Source of the DNA: Candidatus Bathyarchaeota archaeon | GTDB taxonomy: Archaea > Thermoproteota > Bathyarchaeia > Bathyarchaeales > Bathycorpusculaceae | DNA: 64,000 nt | Assembly: GCA_963806535.1 (NCBI GenBank) | Contig: CAWDYC010000003.1 | Coordinates: forward strand, 256,001 to 320,000 | Direction of reading: 5' to 3' | Part shown: piece after piece, positions 10,254-20,584 of the stretch | Position numbering within the stretch: the first letter of the stretch is position 1 | How the letters are laid out: every line of letters starts with the position of its first letter | The notes under the pieces: generated by a model | The model's input: the letters and a program-made list of their open reading frames with translations, nothing else | Told to the model about the DNA's origin: nothing | Databases searched by the model: none | Position numbers and translations under genes: made by a program

Positions 10254-10584
10254 TAATATATATTTGTGAATTAATATATTTTTATTTTTATAAAAAAAAA
10301 TAAAAAAAATATAAAATAATAAATATAAATTATAGAAAAATTAAAAAAATATTATAATTATATAAAATAAAATAATTAATTTTTAAAATAATATTAAATG
10401 TAAAAGAATTAAAAAGATTAGATATAAAATAGAATTAATAATAAAAAAATAAATTTAATTTTTTTTATTAAATTAATTTATTAATGTTAATAATTGTTAA
10501 TATATAATTATATAATAAAAAAAAATAAATAAAATGAATTAAAATAATAGATAATAAATAGTAAAAAAGAAAATTGAAATTAAA
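10252..10584. other. 333-nt A/T tract with no C on the + strand
   Basis: Direct reading: 0 C, about 15 G. Confidence 0.9.
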
Positions 10585-10937
10585 CAATATCAGAAAACAG
10601 GGGCAAACACCTGTGTAGAGATTGCGTAAAAACATGTTCAAGTTGCGGTAAAAACCTTCCAATGGCGCATTGGTTTGGTCAGTCATACACTTCTAACGCT
10701 TTTGCTCAGAGTTTAGAAAAACAAGGAAAGCCTTGGGTAGGCTCAGGGGTTTGCTTAGAATGTTATAATAGTAAAATAGCTCAAGAGGAAAAAGAACAAA
10801 GGCTAATTAGAGACGCACAGTTAGCACATGCAAAAGAAATACTTGAGACACCAACAATCTGGGAATGCGGGTATTGCAAGACAATAAACAAAGGAAAGTT
10901 TTGTTCAAACTGCGGTAGCTCAAGAAAAAAAGCATAA
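10584..10937 (+). CDS. Multi zinc-ribbon protein, 5' end lost in the A/T tract
   Basis: Frame open upstream of ATG 10662: GKHLCRDCVKTCSSCGKNLPMAH...CLEC...WECGYC...FCSNCG. Confidence 0.7.
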   Translation, partial: TISENRGKHLCRDCVKTCSSCGKNLPMAHWFGQSYTSNAFAQSLEKQGKPWVGSGVCLECYNSKIAQEEKEQRLIRDAQLAHAKEILETPTIWECGYCKTINKGKFCSNCGSSRKKA

Positions 10938-10938
10938 T

Positions 10939-11298
10939 TTGGGGAAAAAACCGTTGAATAACAATGAATTAAGCGATGGAGAAGTTCAACTTTCTATCTT
11001 AACTTTGCTTTTTAACATCAGAAGGAAACAACCAAAAGACCCAGAAGTAAGAAGAGAGAAAATCATTGAAGTCTTAGGTCTCCCAGAAGATAGAATTGAA
11101 TTCAATACAGATTACCTTAAAGAGAAAAGGCTCATAGAAATCTTAGGAACTTATTGTGGTGGATGGGTTTTTGCAAAAATAACTGCTTTGGGTATTGACG
11201 CAATTAATAACAAAGAAGAGAGGAAAAAGACTTATAATTTCTCAGGGCTAAAGATTCCAATACACATAGAAAACAAGATTGCTCTTATCAATTTCTAA
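10939..11298 (+). CDS. Winged-helix protein
   Basis: ILTLLF...YLKEKRLIE...AKITALGIDAI pattern. Confidence 0.7.
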   Translation: MGKKPLNNNELSDGEVQLSILTLLFNIRRKQPKDPEVRREKIIEVLGLPEDRIEFNTDYLKEKRLIEILGTYCGGWVFAKITALGIDAINNKEERKKTYNFSGLKIPIHIENKIALINF

Positions 11299-11729
11299 CA
11301 TCCACACAAATTTTTAGCATTCAAAAACACTCCGAGGGGGGTCTGGCATAATTTTGAGCCTTTTTTAAGCCAAAAATTTCAGAGGTTAACCAAACTTATT
11401 TAAAAACTGCTTTTACCCCACTTTTGAAAAGTTTCAATAATGGCTTAAAAAAATCAAATAATAGCCAATAATCAACAAAAATCAAAATCAATTCTGAAAC
11501 CAATAAAAATGGATTAATGAATTCCATAAAATAATTTGTCAGAAATTAATCGTAGAAAAAACCCCTATGTATGCCTTAAAAAATGACGAAAAATAACCTC
11601 AATTTAGCCTTATTTTTACCATTAAACTGTTGAACAGATATGCGTTTGTTAATTGCGCTTCTCAAAAAGGTTTAAAAAACCAAAAAACGATGCTTTACCC
11701 ACTATATTACGAAATTAAGGTGAAAAAAA

Positions 11730-12845
11730 TTGGAAACAACCAAAAAAGAAACGGGAAATTCAGATTCAGGGTTTAGACCTGACTCTGACAAATTAGATTA
11801 CAAAACGTTGGTAAAAAAAATTCAAGAAAACGGCGACCTTGTTATTTTAGGTCAAAAAGGTACGTGTAAAACTACGTTACTGCAACATCTAAGCAGAGAA
11901 CTTAGAACCGAAAACAACAATCACGTTATAATATTTGAAACCTTTCCGAAATGGATTCATGAATTCGATTCTATACCCTACATGATAATAAAAGACAGCG
12001 ACGTACAATCAACGGAAAACACGCCTTATCTGGAAGAAGACAAAAGCATTATTCAATGGTCAAAGGATTTCAAAGTTTTAAACGCAGAAATTGTTAAAGA
12101 TTTCTTGAAGCAAAACAAAGATTGCATATTCTTAATCGAAGTCGAAGACATGGAGCGAATAAGCGCATTCATGACGTTTGTTATTTATACAATCTACCGT
12201 AAACAATACCTCAGAGCTAAAGCTGGAAACTTGGAGACAGTTAACCAAAATTATTGGTTTCTCTGTGAAGAAGCCCATAACTTAATGGATTCAACGGTTT
12301 TAGCCAAAAAAACCTTTAACAAATTGCGAAAGATACAAAATGAATTCCGAAACCTGAAAATGCATTTAATTTGCGTAGCTTTGAGACTCCAAGATTTAAG
12401 CCCAAAAATAAGGAGCAAAATGTCTATCGTGTTAAGCAGAGTTAGCCTTGACGACTATCAATTAAAAGTTAGAAGCCTACTGAGAAATTCAAAGTTTAGA
12501 GACATAATTACAGAACTGCCAAAAGGTCAATTTATTTACCCTGAACTTGACCTTAAACTGACTACAGAACCGTTTAAGCAAATTGGCACACCAACCGAAT
12601 TTAAGCCAAAACCTACAGAGAAACCAAAAGAGCAATTCGTGGATGCATGGAAACCACAAATAAGGAAATTTAACCCAATCCAGAAAATTTTAAGGAAAAT
12701 ATTTTTCTGGCTACCAGATAGCAATAGTAATTATACAACAAATGACGGTGAAACTACAACAGAAGATAACAGCAAAGAAGATAGCCAAGGTGACGGATTA
12801 ATGACCTTAGATAATGGAGAAGAATTGTTTCCAGAAGAACCCTAA
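11730..12845 (+). CDS. FtsK/HerA-superfamily P-loop ATPase
   Basis: Walker A GQKGTCKT, Walker B FLCEEAH, EFRN, LRLQDLSPKIRS; acidic tail. Confidence 0.78.
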   Translation: METTKKETGNSDSGFRPDSDKLDYKTLVKKIQENGDLVILGQKGTCKTTLLQHLSRELRTENNNHVIIFETFPKWIHEFDSIPYMIIKDSDVQSTENTPYLEEDKSIIQWSKDFKVLNAEIVKDFLKQNKDCIFLIEVEDMERISAFMTFVIYTIYRKQYLRAKAGNLETVNQNYWFLCEEAHNLMDSTVLAKKTFNKLRKIQNEFRNLKMHLICVALRLQDLSPKIRSKMSIVLSRVSLDDYQLKVRSLLRNSKFRDIITELPKGQFIYPELDLKLTTEPFKQIGTPTEFKPKPTEKPKEQFVDAWKPQIRKFNPIQKILRKIFFWLPDSNSNYTTNDGETTTEDNSKEDSQGDGLMTLDNGEELFPEEP

Positions 12846-12936
12846 AGTTTTTTAAAATAAATTATTAAAAATTGGAGAATAGAAAATATGAGCAACCAAG
12901 AAATAGCCGAAAAGCGATTTATCTACAGTTGTAGAG

Positions 12937-14010
12937 ATGGATACAAATATGTATCCCCCAGAAAAATTGGAATCCATGAAAAACATGCCGAAAAGAAGCA
13001 AAGAAGATGGCAGTTACTGTTTAGGGATAGAATCTTCAGCAGACGATTTCGGTGTCGGTATAGCTACTTTCAATGGAGAAATTCTTGCCAACAAATACGA
13101 CAGCTACATACCAGTTGAAGGCGGAATTCACCCAAGAGAAGCAGCAAGACACCACTCGGAAGTTGCGGACAAAGTGCTAAAAGAAGCTCTGAGTTTTGCA
13201 GGTGTAAAACCAAACGACCTATCGGTTATAGCGTTTTCGCAAGGTCCAGGCTTAGGGCCTTCTTTACGTACGGGAGCCACTGTTGCCCGAGCTTTAGCTT
13301 CTTACCTAAACATCCCGCTTGTAGGAGTAAATCATTCTGTAGCGCATATTGAGATTGGAAAACTAAAAACTGGCGTTGTTGACCCTGTAACCCTTTATGT
13401 TTCAGGAGGCAACACCATGGTTACAGCTTTTGAAGCTGGACGATACAGAGTTTTCGGAGAAACCTTAGACATCGCCCTTGGAAATTGTCTTGACGTTTTC
13501 GCTCGCGAAGCAGGTTTAAAGCATCAAAAAGGTGTACCACTTGGGGCTGCCGTTGAGAGGTTAGCGGCTAAAGGAAAAAATCTGGTTTCTTTGCCTTATG
13601 TTGTTAAAGGTATGGATTTGTCTCTTAGCGGCTTGTTAACATCGGCGACAGCTCAATTGAAAAGTGGAAATTGCTGCTTAGAAGATTTGTGTTACAGTCT
13701 TCAGGAGCATGCTTTCTCAATGGTTACTGAAGTTACTGAGCGAGCGTTAGCACATACAGAAAAGAGAGAGGTTTTGCTAACAGGCGGCGTAGCAGCCAAC
13801 AAGAGATTACAAAATATGCTTCAAATAATCGCCGAAGAACATGATGCCCGTTTCAATGTGGTTCCACTTGAGTTTGCCACCGACAACGGCGCCATGATTG
13901 CCTGGACAGGCGTTTTAGCTTACAAACATGGTTTGGTTACACCGTTGGATACGAGTTATGTGAAGCTTCGGTGGCGAGTTGACAAGGTGGATGTGCCATG
14001 GATAAATTAG
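12937..14010 (+). CDS. kae1: KEOPS subunit Kae1 (t6A synthesis)
   Basis: GIESSAD, GGIHPREAA, HSVAH, YVSGGNT, DNGAMIA. Confidence 0.97.
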   Translation: MDTNMYPPEKLESMKNMPKRSKEDGSYCLGIESSADDFGVGIATFNGEILANKYDSYIPVEGGIHPREAARHHSEVADKVLKEALSFAGVKPNDLSVIAFSQGPGLGPSLRTGATVARALASYLNIPLVGVNHSVAHIEIGKLKTGVVDPVTLYVSGGNTMVTAFEAGRYRVFGETLDIALGNCLDVFAREAGLKHQKGVPLGAAVERLAAKGKNLVSLPYVVKGMDLSLSGLLTSATAQLKSGNCCLEDLCYSLQEHAFSMVTEVTERALAHTEKREVLLTGGVAANKRLQNMLQIIAEEHDARFNVVPLEFATDNGAMIAWTGVLAYKHGLVTPLDTSYVKLRWRVDKVDVPWIN

Positions 14011-14658
14011 CTGAACAAACGCTGTTCAAGAAGGGCGCCGAAGCCAGCCTATACCTTACAGATTGGCATGAAAGAAAAGTCATCGTAAAAGTGCGAATCC
14101 CAAAAAGATACCGTCCTGAGGCATTGGATAAGCAGATAAGAAGTTTCCGAACGGTACACGAACCGCAGTTAATGCATGAAGCTAAAGCCGCTGGGGTACC
14201 AACACCGCTGATATTCATGGTAAATGTTCCTCAAGCTTCAATCACCATGGAATATGTGGAAGGGCAGCAGATCAAGCAATTGCTAAACAAAGTTCCCAAA
14301 GATCAACGTCAGAAATTATGCCTAATAATCGGTGAGTTAATTGGCTAAACTTCACAGCCATGGCTTAATTCACGGCGACTTAACAACTTCAAACATGATT
14401 CTTAGCCCTGAAGGCAAAATTTTCTTTGTTGACTTTGGCTTAGGAGAAAGAAACATTGAAGTGGAGGCACAAGGAGTGGATTTACATTTGATGAAACGAG
14501 CGCTACAAAGTACACATTACCAGTTCTGGGAAGAATGCTTCAAGAACATCCTGTGTGGTTACTCATCGATTTTGGGACCTGAAGCAGCCGAAAATGTTTA
14601 CGAGAAAATAAAAGAGATAGAGAGGCGTGGCAGATACATTGAAGAAAGAAAACAATAA
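13998..14658 (+). CDS. bud32: KEOPS kinase Bud32 (frameshift near 14340)
   Basis: KGAEA, RTVHE, HGDLTTSN, DFGL. Confidence 0.93.
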
Positions 14659-15305
14659 CCAAAACTGCAGTTTTAATGGCAAAGTTGTCTTTTTTGCGAC
14701 AGGCAACATCAACAAATTCAACGAAGCCCGCAGTATCCTAAGCCCGTACGGAATTTCAGTCGGAATGCTACGCATGAAAGGAGATGAGATACAAAGTGAC
14801 AGCCTTAAAGAAATTGCAGAAACCAGCGCCAGAAACGCGCATAAACGTACCAAATTGCCTATTTTTGTTGAAGACGCAGGTTTATTCATCGATGCTTTAG
14901 GCGGCTTTCCTGGTCCATACGCTGCTTACGTTTACAAAACAATTCACAATAGTGGCATACTCAAACTCATGGAAAATGTAGCCGACAGGCATGCAAAGTT
15001 CAAGTCAGTTATAGCTTACATGTGACCAGACTCTTTGTGAACCAAAGTGTTTTTGGGGAGAATCGAAAGGAGAAATAACCCAGACCGAACGCAAACCTCA
15101 GGGAAAAACCCCTTTTGGCTTTGACCCAATTTTCCAGCCGATCGGAAGCAATAAGTCATTTGCAGAAATGACTATTCTTGAAAAGAATGGTTTTTCCCAT
15201 AGAGCAATGGCTATACGGAAATTTGCTGAATGGTACCAAACAGCAAATGCTAAAACCTTTAATCAAGCAGTAAACAAAATGTTATATTATCCTTCTTTGC
15301 ATTAA
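14627..15305 (+). CDS. rdgB: XTP/dITP diphosphatase (frameshift near 15020; ends approximate)
   Basis: ATGNINKF, VEDAGL, GFPGPY; downstream frame FGFDPIF and SHR. Confidence 0.9.
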
Positions 15306-15327
15306 AGAAAATGAAGCGAGGCATAAA

Positions 15328-15830
15328 ATGAGCAGAAACGCCACAAGATCAAAGTTCTCTAAGTGAGCCCTTAATTACTGTCTTCGCCGTGGCTGGCGTC
15401 TTTTATAATCTTAGGCTTCGTAATTGCACTCACACCAGACATCTCACAGAAAACAAACGCGTTTTTCAACGACTTAACAACAGTAACCTATAATTTAGGA
15501 AGCTCAGGTACGCTAAACCTGCTAGCTCCCGCTAATCCCGCACAGCACATCGCATTCTTTAGAGCTATAATGGAATTCCTCTTAGCCGTTGGCATTACTG
15601 CAGATCGTACTCTTAGCACTCAGATTATTGATTCGGTCACCAATCAGACGGATAACTGAGACCCTCGGCAACTTGGTATTTTGGTTGGTGGCGCTGTAGT
15701 TGCAAATATTTATCTATTGGCCGGAACGCGTAACGGTTGGTTCCAGTTCTGGGCAGGGTTACTTTTGGTTTTAGGAATATCACTGATTGCCCGTTTCACC
15801 GTTTACCTTCCTAGCTGTTTACTCCAAGAA
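15328..15830 (+). CDS. Hypothetical membrane protein (frameshifted, bounds approximate)
   Basis: Hydrophobic coding fragments in shifting frames. Confidence 0.45.
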
Positions 15831-15932
15831 GGTATCTTAAAAAAAATAAATATGAAATTCGATTTTTCATGTTAGGGGCATTACTTTTAAATATTCGTTG
15901 ACTATGGTTTAGGTGCAGTTTAAGGTGTAACA

Positions 15933-16373
15933 ATGCCAAAGCAAGAAAAAGGAAAATCGCATTCGATGCGTCCAGTCAGCAGGCGTCCTCCAAGCTGGTG
16001 CAAATATCAGCCTGAAGAAGTAGAATCATTCATAATAAAATTGGCCAAAGAAGGCCATTCAATGAGCAGCATAGGCACCATCCTTAGGGATCAATACGCG
16101 ATTCCACTCGTGAAGCCTATAGTTGGTAAAAGCATAAGCGACGTTTTGAAAGAAGCAAACTTAGCATCAACCATGCCAGAAGACCTTTCAAACCTTATGA
16201 AGAAAGCACAAAGCCTCGCCGTTCACATGGACAAAAACAAAAAAGACCTACACAACAAACGCAACATGCAAATCATCGAAGCAAGAATCCACAAGCTCTC
16301 ACGGTACTATAAACGTGAAGGCGTCTTAGCTAAGAACTGGAAATACGAAGCAAAAATCGCTTCCGTAACCTAA
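15933..16373 (+). CDS. rps15: 30S ribosomal protein S15/S13e
   Basis: GKSHSMRP, IGTILRDQY, RIHKLSRYYK. Confidence 0.96.
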   Translation: MPKQEKGKSHSMRPVSRRPPSWCKYQPEEVESFIIKLAKEGHSMSSIGTILRDQYAIPLVKPIVGKSISDVLKEANLASTMPEDLSNLMKKAQSLAVHMDKNKKDLHNKRNMQIIEARIHKLSRYYKREGVLAKNWKYEAKIASVT

Positions 16374-16403
16374 ACATTCTTTCTTTTCGTTTTAAGCTTT
16401 ATT

Positions 16404-17936
16404 TTGTTAGTTAATGCACCAGCTTTAAATCCAATTAGGCACCTTTTTAGCAAAAGAGTGAATTATGCATGGCTGCAGCAACAAGCATCTATTGAACGCT
16501 TCTTAACTTCAGCAGCAGAGGCATCGAAAGTTATTCTTGAAACAGTACAAAAAGATGGTTTTATTCATTGTTTTTCACATTTGGATGCTGATGGGGTTGC
16601 AGCTGCAGGCGTAATTGGAAAAGCACTCTTTCGACTTGATGCAAGGTTTAGAATTAGGATTACTCAGCAGCTTGACGAAAAAATCATCGACCAAATCGCC
16701 GTTGACAAACCGCAACTTTTGATTTTAACTGATTTTGGAAGCGGCTACCTCGACATTTTGAATGAAAAGATTCCGAATTTCAAAGTTTTAATTCTTGACC
16801 ACCACCAAATAAATGGCACCTCAAATAATCCAAATTTTGTTCAGGTAAACCCTCATATGTTCGGAATTGACGGAGCCAGTGATGTAAGCGGTTCAGGTGT
16901 CGCTTACTTTGTAGCTAAAGCCGTAAACAGAGCAAATGTTGATTTGGCTCCTGTTGCGTTGGTCGGCGCTTTAGGTGACATGCAGGATAAGTATGAACAG
17001 AGAAGCCTATGCTGCTTAAACGAAATCATCGTTAACGATGCTGTTGCTGCCGGCTTGATTAAAGTTGAAAAAGACCTGACTTTTTTCGGCAGAGAAACCA
17101 GACCAATTCATAGGACATTGTCAACTACGACTAACCCGTTTATTCCAGGCTTAAGTGGTGAAGAAGACAAAGCCTTAGCTTTCCTTGCAAGCCTTGACAT
17201 ACCCATCAAACAGGGTGAAAAGTGGCGGGCGCTCCGGGACTTAAACGAAGACGAAAAAAAGCGGCTTTGCTCTGCTTTGGCTGATCACTTGTTGTCTAAA
17301 GGACTGCACATGGAAGTTGAGAATCTTATTGGATACATTTACGTTTTAACCAAAGAAGAACCAAACACGGCACTTCGTGATGCAAGAGAATTTGCGGTTG
17401 TATTGAACTCAACGGGACGTATGGATAGGCCAAGCTTAGGCATTGCTATTTGCATGGGTGACCGCAAAGTTGCCCTTGACGAAGCAAACAAAATATTGGA
17501 AGATTACCGCAAAAACATAAACAAATATCTAAGCTGGGTAAACGAAAAACCCGAACGAATGCGAGAACTCCAAAACATCTATGTCATCTATGGAGAGAGC
17601 TTCATTAACGAAAAAATCGTTGGAACAGTCTCCTCAATAATCGTCTCAACCCTAGTTAACAATGAAAAACCACTCATAGCTTTCGCGAATGTTGAAAAAG
17701 AAAACGCGGCCAAATTCTCATCAAGAACAACAGAAGCAGCAATCCGCAAAGGAGTTAACCTAGGCGAAGTTATGCGATATGCTTCAGAAGCACACGGAGG
17801 CAAAGGCGGAGGACACAACATTGCAGCAGGTGCGCAGGTTCCCTTGGAAAAGATTGAAGAATTCGTTAAAACCGTAGATGAACTTGTCGGCAAACAGTTA
17901 AGAGGCGAGAAGGTTGGAAGCGAAAATAACGCTTGA
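16404..17936 (+). CDS. DHH-family RecJ-like nuclease
   Basis: HLDADG, TDFG, LDHH, GGGHNIAAG; conserved rps15-DHH-pcc1 context. Confidence 0.9.
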   Translation: MLVNAPALNPIRHLFSKRVNYAWLQQQASIERFLTSAAEASKVILETVQKDGFIHCFSHLDADGVAAAGVIGKALFRLDARFRIRITQQLDEKIIDQIAVDKPQLLILTDFGSGYLDILNEKIPNFKVLILDHHQINGTSNNPNFVQVNPHMFGIDGASDVSGSGVAYFVAKAVNRANVDLAPVALVGALGDMQDKYEQRSLCCLNEIIVNDAVAAGLIKVEKDLTFFGRETRPIHRTLSTTTNPFIPGLSGEEDKALAFLASLDIPIKQGEKWRALRDLNEDEKKRLCSALADHLLSKGLHMEVENLIGYIYVLTKEEPNTALRDAREFAVVLNSTGRMDRPSLGIAICMGDRKVALDEANKILEDYRKNINKYLSWVNEKPERMRELQNIYVIYGESFINEKIVGTVSSIIVSTLVNNEKPLIAFANVEKENAAKFSSRTTEAAIRKGVNLGEVMRYASEAHGGKGGGHNIAAGAQVPLEKIEEFVKTVDELVGKQLRGEKVGSENNA

Positions 17937-18162
17937 ATACAGCGACCAAAAAATGGCTAAAGCAGTTGCAAACGCGATTTCTCCAGATAACTTCAAAACG
18001 CCACCTGGACTTGAAGTTAAAACCGCAAAAGAAGATAAAAAAGTCGTGACTCAAATCCATTGTGAAGGCAAACTTGCTACGTTCACCGCCACTATAGATG
18101 ATTTACTTTTTAGCGCTTCAACGGCGGAAAAGACTCTTAACACAATAAGCAAAATGAAATAG
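17914..18162 (+). CDS. pcc1: KEOPS subunit Pcc1
   Basis: AISPDN, ATIDDLL, size and context. Confidence 0.8.
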   Translation: MEAKITLEYSDQKMAKAVANAISPDNFKTPPGLEVKTAKEDKKVVTQIHCEGKLATFTATIDDLLFSASTAEKTLNTISKMK

Positions 18163-18169
18163 CTAAACT

Positions 18170-18320
18170 GGAAAAGAAGAAGAAGTGTGCCCCCACAGCT
18201 TTTCTTCTTCTTTCTGAAGCAGAGAAGAAGTAGAACGCGGTGCTACTGCCAACTGTCCTTCTTCTTCTATCAAAGAAGAACAACACCCGATGCAACCACC
18301 AACCGTTGGCGTTCTTCCAG
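18170..18320. repeat. Array of three GAAGAA...TTCTTC hairpins (~50-nt period)
   Basis: Units about 18170-18218, 18221-18269, 18275-18317; first unit matches 48673-48717 inverted. Confidence 0.8.
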
Positions 18321-18521
18321 ATAGCATCTATTCAGGTCCTGATAAACCTCGGAACTAAGTTATGGGAAAAAAGAACTCAACAGTAACAAACCAAAGCTTA
18401 ATTACTACCAAAAAAAACACAAACTCTTATCGAACATTTGCTTTTAATCTTAAGCCCTAAATACATCGTTGATTACTGTAAAGTAAATAAATAAGGGATC
18501 ACAACATAAAAGAAACTTGAC

Positions 18522-20344
18522 TTGGTGAATTCAGTGAAACGAGTGCATGCAGTCTTCATGATAACAGTTTTCTTTTTACTAGTTTTCTTACCGATTGTTC
18601 TACCTTTTGGAACGGTTTCTGCCCAAAGCACCGGTTACAGCATTGACAAGGTTGACCACTCGATTGAGGTAATGTATTCTGGACAGGTTGCTGTTCAAGA
18701 TACAATTCACGTTTCTGGGCATGTTACAGACGGCTTTATGATTGGAGTACCAGCCCTGTATAGTACTGATGTCCTCAAAGTTGTAGCGTACGACTCAAAC
18801 AATTTGTACTCGGTAAATGTCGGAGTTCCATTGGGAGATCAGAGCGGATTTTACGGTGCCCAAGTAAACTTCAACGGTAACTCTCCTAGCGTTTTTACAG
18901 TCGCGTTTGTGCTTTCCAACAGTGTTATTACGGATTTAACTGGTGGCAATTATTCGCTTAATTTTCCTGCTTATCCAAGTCTCACCCAAAATGTCGCAAG
19001 CACAAATGTAACTTTAACTTTTCCAGCCACCCCTTACGAACATAACAATTACCAAAAATGATGGAGTAGTAAATGAAACAAACTATGTTACACAAAACTT
19101 AGCCGCATACACCTATTCCGCGGCCTCTGCAACCTTTCAGGTTTCTCCAGGAAGCCTACATTTAACGACCATAGACCAGTTAACTCGTCAAATAAATGTT
19201 GACCCAGCGGGTAAAGTTTCAGCTGTTGACAGTTACCATATGACAAACAATGGGGTGTTAGCAATTACTTCTTTTGTTTTCGGTTTACCAAGCAAGGCTA
19301 CAAGCATAGTTGTCAAGGATGAATTTGGAAGAGCATTAGCAACCAGTACCAGCAGCAGATACGAACCCCGATATTTTTTTAGCCAACACCACGCTGATAT
19401 CAATTTTATCAAGCTGGTCAATCTACATCTTTCACAATAAACTACAATTTACCAAGTGCAACCATTCAAGGTTCACAATTTATCCTTAAATAACTTCAAA
19501 CTTTTCCCATATTTCTCCTACTATGTTGAACAAGCAACTATCACATTCACTCCACCTGAAGGAGCAACCATAGTAACTCCTCAGCTTTCATCTCTTGACT
19601 CATCTTCAACAATAACAAGGAGCACCTTCCAAGATAGTCTCACAATAACTAGAGATGGCGTAAGCTACGTGGACTATAGCAGTCCCAGAAAGCAATACAG
19701 TTCAATTTTCCTACAATTATAATCCAGTTTGGGTTTCTTTCAGACCTACCTTTTGGGGTGCACTATTAGGAGCAATTGGATGCGTAGCTGCCGTTTTCTA
19801 TACAAGAAGAAAACCAGGCGAAAAAGAACCCGTAATGACTAAGACAGAAAGGTATGCTCCAAAACAGAGACCAAGCACACCCACACAACAGATGGAAGAA
19901 GTTCAGCCTGTAACAGGTCAAGCTATCACATCTGAAAGCCTCAGAGAATTCACCGATGCTTACGAAGAAAAGAAACAATTGAATGCTGAATTGAAGGCGA
20001 TGGATGCAAGAGCACAAAAAGGAAAGATTCCAAGACGACAATACAAGGTTCAACGCAGAGCCATTGAGATTCGATTAGAAACATTAGCCCGAAATATAAA
20101 CAAAATAAAAGATGCATTACGAAGCTCAAGCAATTACGCAGATTTGGTTAAACAGCTTGATTCTGCTGAAGAAGACCTATCAGACGCCGAAGAAAACATC
20201 AGAAAACTTGAAACAGGCCAAAGCACAGGCGAAATATCTATTGAAACTTACAAGAAAAACATCGGAGACTACCAGAAACGCAGAGACAAAGCCGAATCGA
20301 CAATAAACGGAATTCTACTTAGATTACGTGAAAAAACCCGTTAG
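18522..20344 (+). CDS. Type I membrane protein, ribophorin I-like architecture (several frameshifts)
   Basis: Signal peptide, two beta-rich repeats (DHSIEV.YSG / TRQINVD..G), TM near 19750-19800, cytosolic coiled coil. Confidence 0.55.
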
Positions 20345-20404
20345 AAAACCTAAACCCTTTTATTTTACTCAATAGCTTTTCAATAAAAATCAGAGGTAAA
20401 CAAA

Positions 20405-20584
20405 ATGGTAAAAATAGTTGTTGACCCCAAATGCACCGGATGCGAAACATGCGTAAACACTTGCCCTGTAGGCGTCTACGAAATCAAAGACGGCAAATCT
20501 ACACCAAGCAAAGTTAGCGAATGTTTGGTCTGCAGAGCATGTGAAGCTCAATGTCCTGAGGGTGCAATTCAGGTAATCGAGTAA
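20405..20584 (+). CDS. 2[4Fe-4S] ferredoxin (59 aa)
   Basis: Manual: CTGCETCVNTCP...CLVCRACEAQCP. Confidence 0.92.
   Translation: MVKIVVDPKCTGCETCVNTCPVGVYEIKDGKSTPSKVSECLVCRACEAQCPEGAIQVIE

Larger units (their letters stand above)
6764..12938. mobile_element. Integrated tyrosine-recombinase element (~6.2 kb)
   Basis: Integrase at left end, AT-rich orphan genes, ends AGCTGTAGATAT (6764-6775) and AGTTGTAGAGAT (12927-12938); separates core genes tfeB and kae1. Confidence 0.8.

Noticed and set aside
12888-13118. ORF MSNQEIAEK... spanning attR
   Set aside because: Overlaps kae1 out of frame; on the reconstructed circle it stops after 20 codons
18170-18320. CRISPR array or H/ACA guide RNA
   Set aside because: No identical direct repeats or cas genes; no clear K-turn or ACA boxes found
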